DNA of 64,000 nucleotides, taken from Armatimonadota bacterium. GTDB taxonomy: Bacteria > Armatimonadota > UBA5829 > DTLH01. A model generated the notes under the pieces. The model had not been told where the DNA came from, did not search any database, and saw only the letters and a program-made list of their open reading frames with translations. The stretch is from NCBI GenBank assembly GCA_038207085.1, contig JBBRAE010000001.1, positions 64,001 through 128,000 on the forward strand. Direction: 5' to 3'. This document shows positions 20,783 through 30,137 of the stretch, piece by piece; the stretch's first letter is position 1, and every line of letters begins with the position of its first letter. Position numbers and translations under genes: made by a program.

Positions 20783-21523
20783 CTAATCAAACTCAGGATG
20801 CGCGCCGGGGTCGAACGGGTTCATCCGGGTGACGAGAGAATATATGTAGGGGTACTGCTCCCTCAGGTGCTCCACATACGATAGCCACTCGATCGCAAGT
20901 GCGGCGTAGGCGCGTTTCGCGTCGTTTGCGAGGTGTTCGATGTCGGGCTTCGGCAGATCGGCAAAGCCCGAGCGCAGATGAAGCTCCTGGGTAAGATGCG
21001 AAACGGCCCACAAGAGGTCAGTAAACGACTCGTGTTCGAGCAGGTTCTGGTTCTCCAAAAGCGTCAGGATGAACTCGCGCCTGCTCACCAAAAGCTCCCT
21101 CAGCCGCGCCAGTTCCTCCGTGGGGATCGACACCGACCAGTCGTGACTCTTCATAAACCGTCTGATATCGGCGAGATCGGCGGATGTCGACACCGGGGAA
21201 AGCGGGATACCCGCGCGCAGGGAGTCCTTGTTCTTGTCGAGCGCAGCTAGTGCACGCAGAAGGTCGTCCCCAACTTCGCTAAAGAACGCGCCGATCACCA
21301 TATTGAGCTTGTGGTGAAGCGCCGACTTTTCACGCTCCTTCAACACCTCGTTAACAAGCAGCGTCACAAGCAGCACCTGCACCGGCACAAACGCGACGTC
21401 CTGCAACAGATAGAAAAACGTGTTTCGCGGGTCTTTGAACATTACAATCTGAAGCGTGTAGCACAGCCCCGACATCAGGACCAGCGACGCACCAGTGAGG
21501 ATCAGCCATTTGAACTTGCGCAC
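20783..21523 (-). CDS. Conserved hypothetical membrane protein (two N-terminal TMs)
   Basis: DVAFVPVQVLLVTL, KLNMVIGAFFSEVG, LLENQNLLEHESFTDLLWAV, NPFDP; GTG start inferred from RBS. Confidence 0.7.
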   Translation of the reverse strand: MRKFKWLILTGASLVLMSGLCYTLQIVMFKDPRNTFFYLLQDVAFVPVQVLLVTLLVNEVLKEREKSALHHKLNMVIGAFFSEVGDDLLRALAALDKNKDSLRAGIPLSPVSTSADLADIRRFMKSHDWSVSIPTEELARLRELLVSRREFILTLLENQNLLEHESFTDLLWAVSHLTQELHLRSGFADLPKPDIEHLANDAKRAYAALAIEWLSYVEHLREQYPYIYSLVTRMNPFDPGAHPEFD

Positions 21524-21662
21524 GGGTGGTATTGATTCCTTCCAAGAAACTTCTCCATCAAGCTTATCACGCGAGCGGTCAGGCAGGCAATAGGTTTCAG
21601 AGCCTTTCAGACGGGGCATATACGGCTGAGCATTAAACAACCCGATCAACAAGGAGACTAGT

Positions 21663-22634
21663 ATGCGCTACACACACCTGGGACGCACAGGGCTTGAGGT
21701 TAGCAGGTTCTGCCTCGGCACAATGAATTTTGGCCCGGAGACGAGCGAGCAGGACAGCTTCGCGATTATGGACAAGGCCCTCGACCTCGGCATCAACTTT
21801 TTCGACACCGCCGATGTCTACGGCTGGAAGATGGGCGAGGGGCTTACCGAGCAGATCATCGGCAGATGGTTTGCGCAGGGTGGGGGCAGGCGCGAGAAGA
21901 CCGTCCTAGCTACCAAGGTCTACAACAAGATGGCCGCATGGCCCAATGGTGACAAACTCTCGGCTCTGCACATTCGCCAGGCCGTCGATGGGAGCCTCCG
22001 CAGGCTGCAGACCGACTATATCGACTTATACCAGATGCACCACATCGACCGCGATACTCCCTGGGAGGAGATCTGGCAGGCGATGGAGATCCTCGTGCAA
22101 CAGGGCAAGGTGGTCTACTGCGGCAGCAGCAACTTCGCTGGGTGGCACATCACTCAGGCAAACGAACAGGCCGCTGCACGCAACTTCATGGGCCTGGTCT
22201 CCGAGCAGTGCAAATACAATCTTCTCACACGAACCGTAGAGCTTGAAGTTCTCCCGGCGTGCGAATCCTACGGCCTCGGCGTGATCCCGTGGAGCCCACT
22301 CGGAAGTGGAATGCTGGGTGGGGCGCTTCAGAAAGCGAAAGAGGGACGCCGAGCCCAAGCCGGAGTCCAGGCGGAGATCGAGCGAAATCTGCCGAAGCTC
22401 GAAGCTTATGAGGCGCTCTGCTCCGATCTCGGAGAAAGCCCTGCCGATGTGGGCCTCGCCTGGTTGATCGCAAACCCTGTAGTAACCGCGCCGATCATTG
22501 GGCCAAGAACTGTCCAGCAGCTTGAGGGATCTATCAGGGCTCTTGAGATCGAGATCTCTAAAGAAACCCTCGCCAAGCTCGATGAGATATTCCCCGGCCC
22601 CGGCGGTCCCGGCCCGGAGGCGTGGGCCTGGTAA
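21663..22634 (+). CDS. Aldo/keto reductase
   Basis: LGTMNFG, FFDTADVYG, ATK, LQTDYIDLYQMH, PWSPL. Confidence 0.93.
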   Translation: MRYTHLGRTGLEVSRFCLGTMNFGPETSEQDSFAIMDKALDLGINFFDTADVYGWKMGEGLTEQIIGRWFAQGGGRREKTVLATKVYNKMAAWPNGDKLSALHIRQAVDGSLRRLQTDYIDLYQMHHIDRDTPWEEIWQAMEILVQQGKVVYCGSSNFAGWHITQANEQAAARNFMGLVSEQCKYNLLTRTVELEVLPACESYGLGVIPWSPLGSGMLGGALQKAKEGRRAQAGVQAEIERNLPKLEAYEALCSDLGESPADVGLAWLIANPVVTAPIIGPRTVQQLEGSIRALEIEISKETLAKLDEIFPGPGGPGPEAWAW

Positions 22635-22734
22635 CGTCTTTCTTAGTATATCGGATATATGGTACAATGGCCGAGCAGAACAAGCTCGGCCATTTCTATT
22701 GGTCGGCTATCACGTTTTACTGGAGTTCTTTGGG

Positions 22735-23418
22735 TTGGACGATTCTTTCATTTCTGTGATGGTGTTTTTCGTCTTCGGCGTGTTAGCTATCTTTGCTATG
22801 TACGTGAGCTACCGTATTAATCAGGCACGCAAAGAAGCGCTGTTTCTCCTCGCCCAGCGTCTTGGGATGACTTTCGAGCCCCTTGATACGCAATCCATCC
22901 CGGACCTCTATGATTATTTCGACTGTCTGTCTCGCGGGGACAGCCGAGAAGCGTCAAACTTGCTGATAGGCAAAATCGACAGCTTCGACCTGCGCGCTTT
23001 TGACTACAAATACTGCACAGGCAGCGGCAAATCGCGCCAGACTCATAAGCTCGGCGTCGTAGTAGTCGACACCGATGTGTGTTTTCATTCTCTGTTGATC
23101 AGGTCCGAGGGGTTCTTTGACCGCGTTGCGGGCGCGTTCGGCTTCGACGACATCGACTTTGAGTCAGATGAGTTCAGCAGACGGTTCTATGTGGGCTCGC
23201 CGGACAAGCAATACGCCTACGAGATGATTCACCCAATGATGATGGAGTTTCTGCTAAAGAACCCGCAGTGGAGCATCCAGACATTCGGGCGGACGGTATT
23301 GATCACAAACCACAGGATTCTTGGTCCCGAGGAGTTCGACCAAGCGTTCGCGTTCCTGCGAGACTTCTTGCGGATGATACCGGACTTCGTGTGGCGGAAA
23401 CTCCGGGAAGGGAGATGA
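22735..23418 (+). CDS. Membrane-anchored hypothetical protein associated with LemA
   Basis: N-terminal TM, DIDFESDEFSRRF motif, directly upstream of lemA; start uncertain. Confidence 0.65.
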   Translation: MDDSFISVMVFFVFGVLAIFAMYVSYRINQARKEALFLLAQRLGMTFEPLDTQSIPDLYDYFDCLSRGDSREASNLLIGKIDSFDLRAFDYKYCTGSGKSRQTHKLGVVVVDTDVCFHSLLIRSEGFFDRVAGAFGFDDIDFESDEFSRRFYVGSPDKQYAYEMIHPMMMEFLLKNPQWSIQTFGRTVLITNHRILGPEEFDQAFAFLRDFLRMIPDFVWRKLREGR

Positions 23419-23419
23419 T

Positions 23420-23998
23420 ATGCAAAACACTACACTATTCATAACGATCTTCGGCCCGATCACCCTGTTTCTGATCTGGTTCATCGGGACGTATAATCGC
23501 TTGATAGGTTTGTCTAACGTTATACCTGAATCTTGGTCAAACATCGACACAGAGCTTCGGCGACGATACGACTTGATTCCCAATATCGTGAACACGGTAA
23601 AGGCCTACGCAGCCCACGAACGATCGGTCCTTGAGGCCGTCGCCAGGGCAAGATCCGCTGCGATGGCGTCTGCCGGCGCGCCTGAAGACCAGGCAAACGA
23701 AGAGAACGAACTGGTCCGGGCGCTCCGCAGGCTCCTTGCCATCAGCGAAGCATACCCAAACCTGAAGGCCGACCGCAACTTTTTGCAGCTTCAGTATGAA
23801 CTCGTCAACACCGAAGACCGCATCCAGGCCGCGCGGCGGTTCTACAACGGCAATGTGCGCGACTACAACGTTGCGGTAGAGACTTTCCCTTCAGGAGTGA
23901 TCGCGACAGTCTTCGGGTTCCGGCGCAAGGAGTTCTTCGAGATAGAAGAGCTTCAGGCTCGAGTGCCTGTACCGACAAGTTTCCAGCCAAGGCCGTGA
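23420..23998 (+). CDS. lemA: LemA family protein
   Basis: WSNIDTELRRRYDLIPN, EAYPNLKA, EDRIQAARRFYN, FP. Confidence 0.92.
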   Translation: MQNTTLFITIFGPITLFLIWFIGTYNRLIGLSNVIPESWSNIDTELRRRYDLIPNIVNTVKAYAAHERSVLEAVARARSAAMASAGAPEDQANEENELVRALRRLLAISEAYPNLKADRNFLQLQYELVNTEDRIQAARRFYNGNVRDYNVAVETFPSGVIATVFGFRRKEFFEIEELQARVPVPTSFQPRP

Positions 23999-24060
23999 TG
24001 CGTATATAGACTCTGGCGTGCGAGGGTATAGTATAGTAAATGGGCTGGGAGGATACTTCG

Positions 24061-24300
24061 ATGACAGCATTGGTAGAATCTGTTGAGCAGGCGCTTCACG
24101 ATAACGGCAGAGTGACCTCGAAGACGATACACGTGACAGGTGACGACCACACAATCGTGCTGCACGGGGTGGTGGACAGCCTGGACGAGTATGGGATTGC
24201 AGAGGAGGTGGCTGAGGCCGTGCCTGGTGTAGACAAGGTCGAGAACCACCTCCATATCGATGGCGTAGTAAATACGGGGCCGTGTTGCCCGCAGATGTGA
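24061..24300 (+). CDS. Single BON-domain protein
   Basis: IVLHGVV...AEAVPGVDKVENHL; GGAGG RBS. Confidence 0.8.
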   Translation: MTALVESVEQALHDNGRVTSKTIHVTGDDHTIVLHGVVDSLDEYGIAEEVAEAVPGVDKVENHLHIDGVVNTGPCCPQM

Positions 24301-24975
24301 TTACTCTTCTATAAATACGATGTTGCCGAAGCGTGAGGTCTTGTGGAAGTTGCGGACCATCGGTGGTGACCATGCCTGGAACTCAGCAGGTTCGGGTTTG
24401 TAGTCGATCCTGTAAAGGTTACCGCGCCAAGTGTCGCCGCTTTTTGGGGTGCCGACGCCGAGTGAAGCAAACGGTATAGCGATCTCTGCGGTCCATCCCC
24501 GGTGTGTTGATGGTTCGGCGAGTTCCCCGTCGATGGTTACCGCGCTCCTCATCCCCTCACAAGTCCACGCGAGCGCCTCAGCGCTTCCAAGCCCCATCCC
24601 TATGTTCGTGTCGAAACTTGCGTCGAATGTTATGTTCTTGGGGCTAAACTCAAGCTCGATATAGGTGGACGGGTCAGAGTCCGGATCGAGAAAGACCTCA
24701 ACCACGTCTTCGTTGTAGATTGGGTCGTCGTGCTCGGTGAGTGTGCACCAGATTTCGGGGTCTTCGCTCTCGAAGATGATGTAGAGATTCTCGTCATCGT
24801 AGCACATACTAAAAGTGGTCGTGCGGGAGGGCGCTTCGGCGGTCTCCGCGATCGAAAGCGTGCCTACAGGGGCAAGCGTCCACGCGTCGTCGTCCGGGCG
24901 GCCGTCGATTGTTGGCGGGACGGAGACCTTGGGGCAGATATAGGTCGGGAGTCCGATTTCCGTGTTTTCAGTCAT
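24301..24975 (-). CDS. Carbohydrate-binding family 9-like (DOMON-like) protein, no signal peptide
   Basis: PTIDGRPDDDAW, YDDENLY, EDVVEVFLDP, WTAEIAIPF, WRGNLYR, AWSP. Confidence 0.8.
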   Translation of the reverse strand: MTENTEIGLPTYICPKVSVPPTIDGRPDDDAWTLAPVGTLSIAETAEAPSRTTTFSMCYDDENLYIIFESEDPEIWCTLTEHDDPIYNEDVVEVFLDPDSDPSTYIELEFSPKNITFDASFDTNIGMGLGSAEALAWTCEGMRSAVTIDGELAEPSTHRGWTAEIAIPFASLGVGTPKSGDTWRGNLYRIDYKPEPAEFQAWSPPMVRNFHKTSRFGNIVFIEE

Positions 24976-24978
24976 AGA

Positions 24979-25740
24979 TTAGCTCCTGGGTTTGGTCTTT
25001 GCCAGTGTTCCCTGGCGATTCTTCTCTACGAAGACGATCTTTCCAAATCGTTTGGTAACATGGAACGCTTGGCTGCTCGCGTATGTGGGCGACCACGCTT
25101 GCAGTTCCGTTGGGCGAGGTCTTATCACTGCCCGGTAGAGGTTCGCCCTCCACGTGTCGTTGACCGCAGGAGTCCCCGCGCTGATGGACTTGAACGGGAT
25201 TGCCATTTCCGCGGTCCAGCACTGGTCCGTGTCTGTTCGGACGTTCACAGTCCCATCTACTGTCGTCGCTGTACGAAACCCTTGGCAGGTCCATTGGGGC
25301 GCTAGTTGCGCTCCTAGCGAAGCTCCTGCCGCAGGGTCGAACTTGGCATCAAAAGTAACGTTTATTGGGCTAACATCGAGCTCTATGTAGGTTTTTAGAT
25401 CGCCGTCGGGGTCAATGAATATCTCAACTGCGTCCTCAAGAAAGATATTTCCGTCGTGATTGGTTACTGATGCTCGTATGTCCTTGGACGAGCACCTGAA
25501 GGAAACGTAGAGGTTGTCGCTGTCCCAGCACATTTTGGCTAGGGTGAGCTTGTCCACGGGTGCGCCGTCATGGGTTTGGACGAGAACTACCGCCGGAGCG
25601 TGCGCCCACGCATCGTCATCGAGCCTGCCGTCGATGGTGGGCGCGGTTGTTACCTTGGGGCATTGATAAGTCTTGAGAGTGTCGGCGCCACCAAACGAGG
25701 CAACAATCACGCCGGCAAACAGTGCAAACAGTTTGAACAT
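24979..25740 (-). CDS. Carbohydrate-binding family 9-like protein, secreted
   Basis: Signal peptide; PTIDGRLDDDAW, WDSDNLY, EDAVEIFIDP, WTAEMAIPF, WRANLYR. Confidence 0.8.
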   Translation of the reverse strand: MFKLFALFAGVIVASFGGADTLKTYQCPKVTTAPTIDGRLDDDAWAHAPAVVLVQTHDGAPVDKLTLAKMCWDSDNLYVSFRCSSKDIRASVTNHDGNIFLEDAVEIFIDPDGDLKTYIELDVSPINVTFDAKFDPAAGASLGAQLAPQWTCQGFRTATTVDGTVNVRTDTDQCWTAEMAIPFKSISAGTPAVNDTWRANLYRAVIRPRPTELQAWSPTYASSQAFHVTKRFGKIVFVEKNRQGTLAKTKPRS

Positions 25741-25919
25741 CAGAACCTCCGATACCAAAGTATCCTTCTATGCGGCAGTGCCTGCTTCCTTCCAACAACT
25801 GAGCACTTGCTCCAAAACGGAAAAAGCGGTACACTCTTGGGGACGACAATGTTTCAGCATCCTGGGACAATGAAACGCTTCCACTATGAAAGGACGCGGC
25901 TAGCAGCCTATTCTCTACC

Positions 25920-27029
25920 ATGCACAGACCAGTAATTTGTGAAATCGACCTCCAGGCCATCTCGGCAAACGTCAAATCGATCCGGCGGACGGTGGGACCA
26001 CACGTCAAGATACTTCCGGCAGTTAAAGCCGACGGCTACGGGCACGGCGCTGTCCCCATCAGTGCGACGGCGATCGACTCCGGGGCTGATATGCTCGGCG
26101 TGGCAAGCGTGGAGGAAGCGATCGATATCCGTGAGGGTGGGGTAAGCGCTCCGATTCTTGTTCTCGGCTGCACCGGTGGTGACTCCACTCGCGAAATAGT
26201 TGAGTATGGGATCACAGCAACCGTGTGTGACATAGGGTTTGCCCGCGAGCTTGCCGATACTGCCCTGAGGCTTGGTAAACGCGCTAGAGTGCATGTGAAA
26301 GTCGACACTGGGATGGGCCGCATCGGGGTTCCTGCATCTGGTGCTGTCGAGCTAGTCTCGGAGTTGCAGTCTATGCAATCGATCGTCTCGGAAGGGATAT
26401 TTACGCACTTCCCCTGTTCGGACGAAAGGGATCGCAGCTTCACTCTGCATCAGATTAGCGTGTTTCAGCAGATTCTGGACGAGCTTTCAGCCAGGGGCAT
26501 ACGCCCCGAAATCGCCCACACCGCAAACAGTGGCGCGGTGCTCGATTTTCCCGAATCGCGCTTTGATATGGTCCGCCCGGGGATTATGTTCTATGGGCTT
26601 TATCCGTCACCGGACTCAAGCCGCAGCATTCCCCTCAAGCCTGCGCTTACCTTGAAGACCCGAATCGTCTTCGTGAAAGAGGTGCCAACAGGGACGACGG
26701 TGAGCTACGGGAGGACATTTGCGACGACTCGACGAACGCGCGTTGCGACTATCGCTGTGGGCTATGCTGACGGCTATAGTAGATCGCTCTCCAGGCGGGG
26801 CCAGGTGGCTGTTCGGGGTGAACGCGCATCCGTAATCGGTCGAGTGTGCATGGACCAGGTGATGATCGACGTGACTGATATTCCCGGTGTGCAGCTCGGT
26901 GATGAGGTGGTTCTTTTTGGAGGCGGGTACGACTTTCTCGCTATCGAAGACATCGCCGAACTGATAGGCACCATCCCGCACGACGTCTGCTGCGCGATTG
27001 GTAAACGCGTCCCGAGGGTCTACATCTAG
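25920..27029 (+). CDS. alr: Alanine racemase
   Basis: AVKADGYGHG (PLP lysine), HVKVDTGMGRIG, VRPGI, GYADG, GRVCMD. Confidence 0.96.
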   Translation: MHRPVICEIDLQAISANVKSIRRTVGPHVKILPAVKADGYGHGAVPISATAIDSGADMLGVASVEEAIDIREGGVSAPILVLGCTGGDSTREIVEYGITATVCDIGFARELADTALRLGKRARVHVKVDTGMGRIGVPASGAVELVSELQSMQSIVSEGIFTHFPCSDERDRSFTLHQISVFQQILDELSARGIRPEIAHTANSGAVLDFPESRFDMVRPGIMFYGLYPSPDSSRSIPLKPALTLKTRIVFVKEVPTGTTVSYGRTFATTRRTRVATIAVGYADGYSRSLSRRGQVAVRGERASVIGRVCMDQVMIDVTDIPGVQLGDEVVLFGGGYDFLAIEDIAELIGTIPHDVCCAIGKRVPRVYI

Positions 27030-27843
27030 TCACCGGCGTTTACATACAGATCGGCGCAGGCCGGCAGGTGATTGGATTCGCGTCTTTGGACGACTTCGAA
27101 CCTAACAGGGACGACACCGTGGCCTACCATCACGTGGTCGATGCGTACAACGGGAAGCTTCGCGGGAAACATGAGCCCATATCCTCGGCCCGACGCGCGA
27201 AATGAGTCAGTGAGCTCCGAAGTGAGTTCTCGATAGACTTTGGAGTTGGGTGGCGTGTCTGGGTGTTGCGCAGTTCGTCGGCTTTCTTGAACGCCGACGG
27301 CAGTCCTTGCGCTTGATAAGCCTCATAAGATATCGGCGTTCGCAGGTGCGCGTTTACTACAACTACCTGTTTTCCATCTACATCGACCGTCACCCACAGT
27401 GCTGAGTGCGTCGTTCGAAGCCACTCCAGGGGAAACCTGCTGAGCACCACAAGCTCGCCGCAGACCTTTTTGTCCCACCCCTGGAACTGCGGGAGAATTA
27501 GCATTTTATAAAGCTGGTTTCTCGCCCATGGGTCGGCTTCCTGCAGGCAGATAATGTCAGGAACCAGCGCCGCCGCTAGCTGCGGGACTGCCGGTCCGGC
27601 GGTCCCTCGGTTGAGATTCCAAGATAGCACTCGGAGGTTGGCGTGGTGCCCGCTGCTTTGGTTGCTTGCGGGAAAGCCGAGTGGGCGGCGATGCGGCAGG
27701 TTGTGCCCTGTGGATGCGTCGCTCTCGGGAGTGCAAATATCCTGATTTGAGCGACCAGAAAACAGGCAGGAGCAGAAGCGCGGCCCTGTTAGAATTATCA
27801 GGCGCGAAAGTGTCGATTCTTTATCACCAACAACCTCTTGCAA
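27026..27843 (-). pseudogene. Endonuclease/exonuclease/phosphatase (EEP) family pseudogene
   Basis: LRVLSWN, PDIICLQE, VNAHL in one frame. C-terminus TPPNS...LTDSF...RIDHV...SNHLP...D* in another frame ending at 27026. The GDFN catalytic segment is missing at the junction (about 27260). Confidence 0.75.
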
Positions 27844-27909
27844 TCGTTTAAAGCCTCAGCTATAATGTAACTAAGCTTAGCAATAAACGGGCAAGCTTGA
27901 GAGTAACAT

Positions 27910-28671
27910 ATGAAACACATCAAAGATCCCCGCTGTATAATTTCTCTGCTTTTGGTCACGATGATTCTCGGAATCACGCCAACGTTTGGCGGCGAGAAGC
28001 TCCCCGGCAAGTGCGTCCTCGGGGACGTTCCCTACGTCCAGCAGATGCGCAACTACTGTGGGCCTGCGTCGCTTACGTCGGTCCTTCGGTACTGGGGCCA
28101 GGACATCGATCAGGTCGCCATCGGTAAAGCGGTCTACGATAAAGCTCTGCAAGCCACCAATGGTGCGGACATGATCCTGTTTGCACGCGACAAAGGCTTT
28201 GCCGCCTACTCGTGGAACAGCACGATCGATGATCTCAAGATAAAGCTTATGGCTGGGATCCCTGTCATTGTGCTGCAGGACAGCAGTCTCTCCGACCGCT
28301 CGGGCCACTTCAGGGTTGCCACCGGCTACGATGACGACAAGAAGATCGTATACGTCAACGACCCATACGAACCCGAGACCAAGTCCATCTCATACGACGA
28401 CTTCACCACGATGTGGCGACGATGGGGCAACTGGGCCCTTCTCGTTTGCACCAAAGACCGCGATATGTATAAAGCGGAGCTTGATGAGAAGAACCCCGTA
28501 GTTCATATCGATCTTGCCTACATCTACTTTCAGCGCCATAACCTCGAAGCTGCCGAGCGTGAGAGTATGGTAGCGCTGAAGCTCGAACCCGGCAATTTCT
28601 GCGCGAAGGACCTGCTTGCCAAGTCGAGCCGTGCCCTGGGCGCCAGGAGCAAGTCCGAAAAGCGCAAGTAG
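27910..28671 (+). CDS. Secreted C39-like peptidase with C-terminal TPR
   Basis: VPYVQQ..NYCGPASL, GHFRVATGYD, VNDP; TPR-like tail. Confidence 0.82.
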   Translation: MKHIKDPRCIISLLLVTMILGITPTFGGEKLPGKCVLGDVPYVQQMRNYCGPASLTSVLRYWGQDIDQVAIGKAVYDKALQATNGADMILFARDKGFAAYSWNSTIDDLKIKLMAGIPVIVLQDSSLSDRSGHFRVATGYDDDKKIVYVNDPYEPETKSISYDDFTTMWRRWGNWALLVCTKDRDMYKAELDEKNPVVHIDLAYIYFQRHNLEAAERESMVALKLEPGNFCAKDLLAKSSRALGARSKSEKRK

Positions 28672-28688
28672 GCGCTGGTGCACGCACA

Positions 28689-28886
28689 CTAGGCCAGCAT
28701 ACCCTGACGCCTGCGAAGCACCAAGCCGCCCATTACCAACAGGGCACCACCGTACGTGGTCGTGTTCTCCCCGCTACCGTAATAGCTGCCGGTTCCGCTG
28801 GGTATGGAGGGCGTGGATGTCGCCTGGGCCCAGATGGGCCTGCTGAGTGCTATAAGTGCAACAGCAATGCAGGGAATGTTCCTCAT
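28689..28886 (-). pseudogene. Tiny secreted-protein remnant with PEP-CTERM-like tail
   Basis: Signal peptide (MRNIPCIAVALIAL..WAQA) and C-terminal ALLVMGGLVLRRR, but no PEP motif and almost no body; 10-bp tandem duplication over the start. Confidence 0.35.
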
Positions 28887-28938
28887 AGATCCACATAGAT
28901 CCACCTCCAGTTATCGCAGGATTGGTACCCGTAGTCGT

Positions 28939-28959
28939 TTCACGAATAAAGCGGGCTAA
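28939..28959 (-). repeat. Solo end of the 73-bp twin-hairpin element
   Basis: Reverse complement TTAG-CCCGCTTTATTCGTGAA matches the first 17 nt of the full copies. Confidence 0.75.
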
Positions 28960-29080
28960 ACAGACTTGGAACTTGGCAAGCACACTTACAGTTATAACGA
29001 AAGCGTGAACTGGTGGGCCAAAACTGTTTACAAGCGGCGAAGCGCGTGGTATCATCGATGTGTCGTTTAGAATTGCATCT

Positions 29081-29161
29081 CTAGCCCGCTTTATTCGTGA
29101 AGCGAATAAAGCTCTCGCTAGCAAAGCATTATTCACGCTCATCGTGAATAATGCAGGCTAG
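29081..29161. mobile_element. 73-bp MITE/REPIN-like twin-hairpin element, copy 1 (CTAG flanks included)
   Basis: CTAG-CCCGCTTTATTCGTGAAGCGAATAAAGC...GCATTATTCACGCTCATCGTGAATAATGCAGG-CTAG; recurs at 35007 and 51585. Confidence 0.8.
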
Positions 29162-29198
29162 ACGACTTCGACAAGTCTACACGCTTCAGGTGACTTCT

Positions 29199-30044
29199 AT
29201 GAACACCACAATCCTTAACAATCATCGTATTACTGGCCTTCTCACTATATCAATCGCGACTGCCCTGTTGGCGCTCTCACCGAGCTGCTACGCGCTCACG
29301 TCTAGCATTCGCTATCAGAAGCGCTGGGTTGGGGGACTACCCGCGCACGTGGTTACGATCAATCTGAACGATCCTGATGTTCAGGTTTCGTCAGTGCTTC
29401 CACGGTACGGAGTTGGGCGCTCGGAGTCCTGGCAGAACCTGGTTGGGCGGGCTCGGCCCACTGCTGCAATCACTGGGACCTATTTCCACACCCGCACATA
29501 TTACCCGACGGGGGATATCGTGATAGATGGCGACCTGAAGTGTGAGGGACGCGTGGGGACAGCTCTATGCATCGGCTGGAACAACAAAGCGACTATGATT
29601 CCAACAAAGCGTGGCTGCGCGCGGGATTGGTCGTGTTATAGGACGGTGCTAGTCGGCGGGCCTGTCGTTGTATGGGACGGACAAATTTCTGTTAATCCTA
29701 GGGAACAGGGATTCAGAGATTCACGTCTATTTGCTAGGAAAGCTCGGACGGCGGTTGGGGTGACGAAAGGCGGCAAGCTTCTGATGGTGGCGGTGACGAA
29801 GCCGGTTTATCTGAGGTCGCTTGGCAAGGTTATGAAGGGTCTTGGATGCAGCCGGGCGGCGGCTCTCGACGGCGGAGGGTCGACTGCACTATACTATAGG
29901 GGTAAGAGTCTGGCAAAGCCCTCCCGGCGGCTTACAAATTTGCTAGTGGCGTATGACACATCGGCGGCGCATGAGCGTGTCAGGAATGTGTTGGCGCCGC
30001 GGTCCGGGCAGTGGGCACAATTACCAGGTAGTTTTACCAGGTAA
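29199..30044 (+). CDS. Phosphodiester glycosidase family (NAGPA/DUF2233-like) secreted protein
   Basis: AAITGTYF, ARTAVGVT, AAALDGGGSTAL; signal peptide. Confidence 0.8.
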   Translation: MNTTILNNHRITGLLTISIATALLALSPSCYALTSSIRYQKRWVGGLPAHVVTINLNDPDVQVSSVLPRYGVGRSESWQNLVGRARPTAAITGTYFHTRTYYPTGDIVIDGDLKCEGRVGTALCIGWNNKATMIPTKRGCARDWSCYRTVLVGGPVVVWDGQISVNPREQGFRDSRLFARKARTAVGVTKGGKLLMVAVTKPVYLRSLGKVMKGLGCSRAAALDGGGSTALYYRGKSLAKPSRRLTNLLVAYDTSAAHERVRNVLAPRSGQWAQLPGSFTR

Positions 30045-30137
30045 TATAGTGTGATTCGGTCGTTGACACCTGTGCTTGGGGAGTTCGGCTACCGAAGATT
30101 ATAATATATACGTGCAGCCGTAGTTGGTGGGAGTACA

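Noticed and set aside
29151..29198. ORF-track start at 29151 for the phosphodiester glycosidase
   Set aside because: That ATG lies inside the repeat element; ATG 29199 has an RBS-like AGGTG and precedes the signal peptide.
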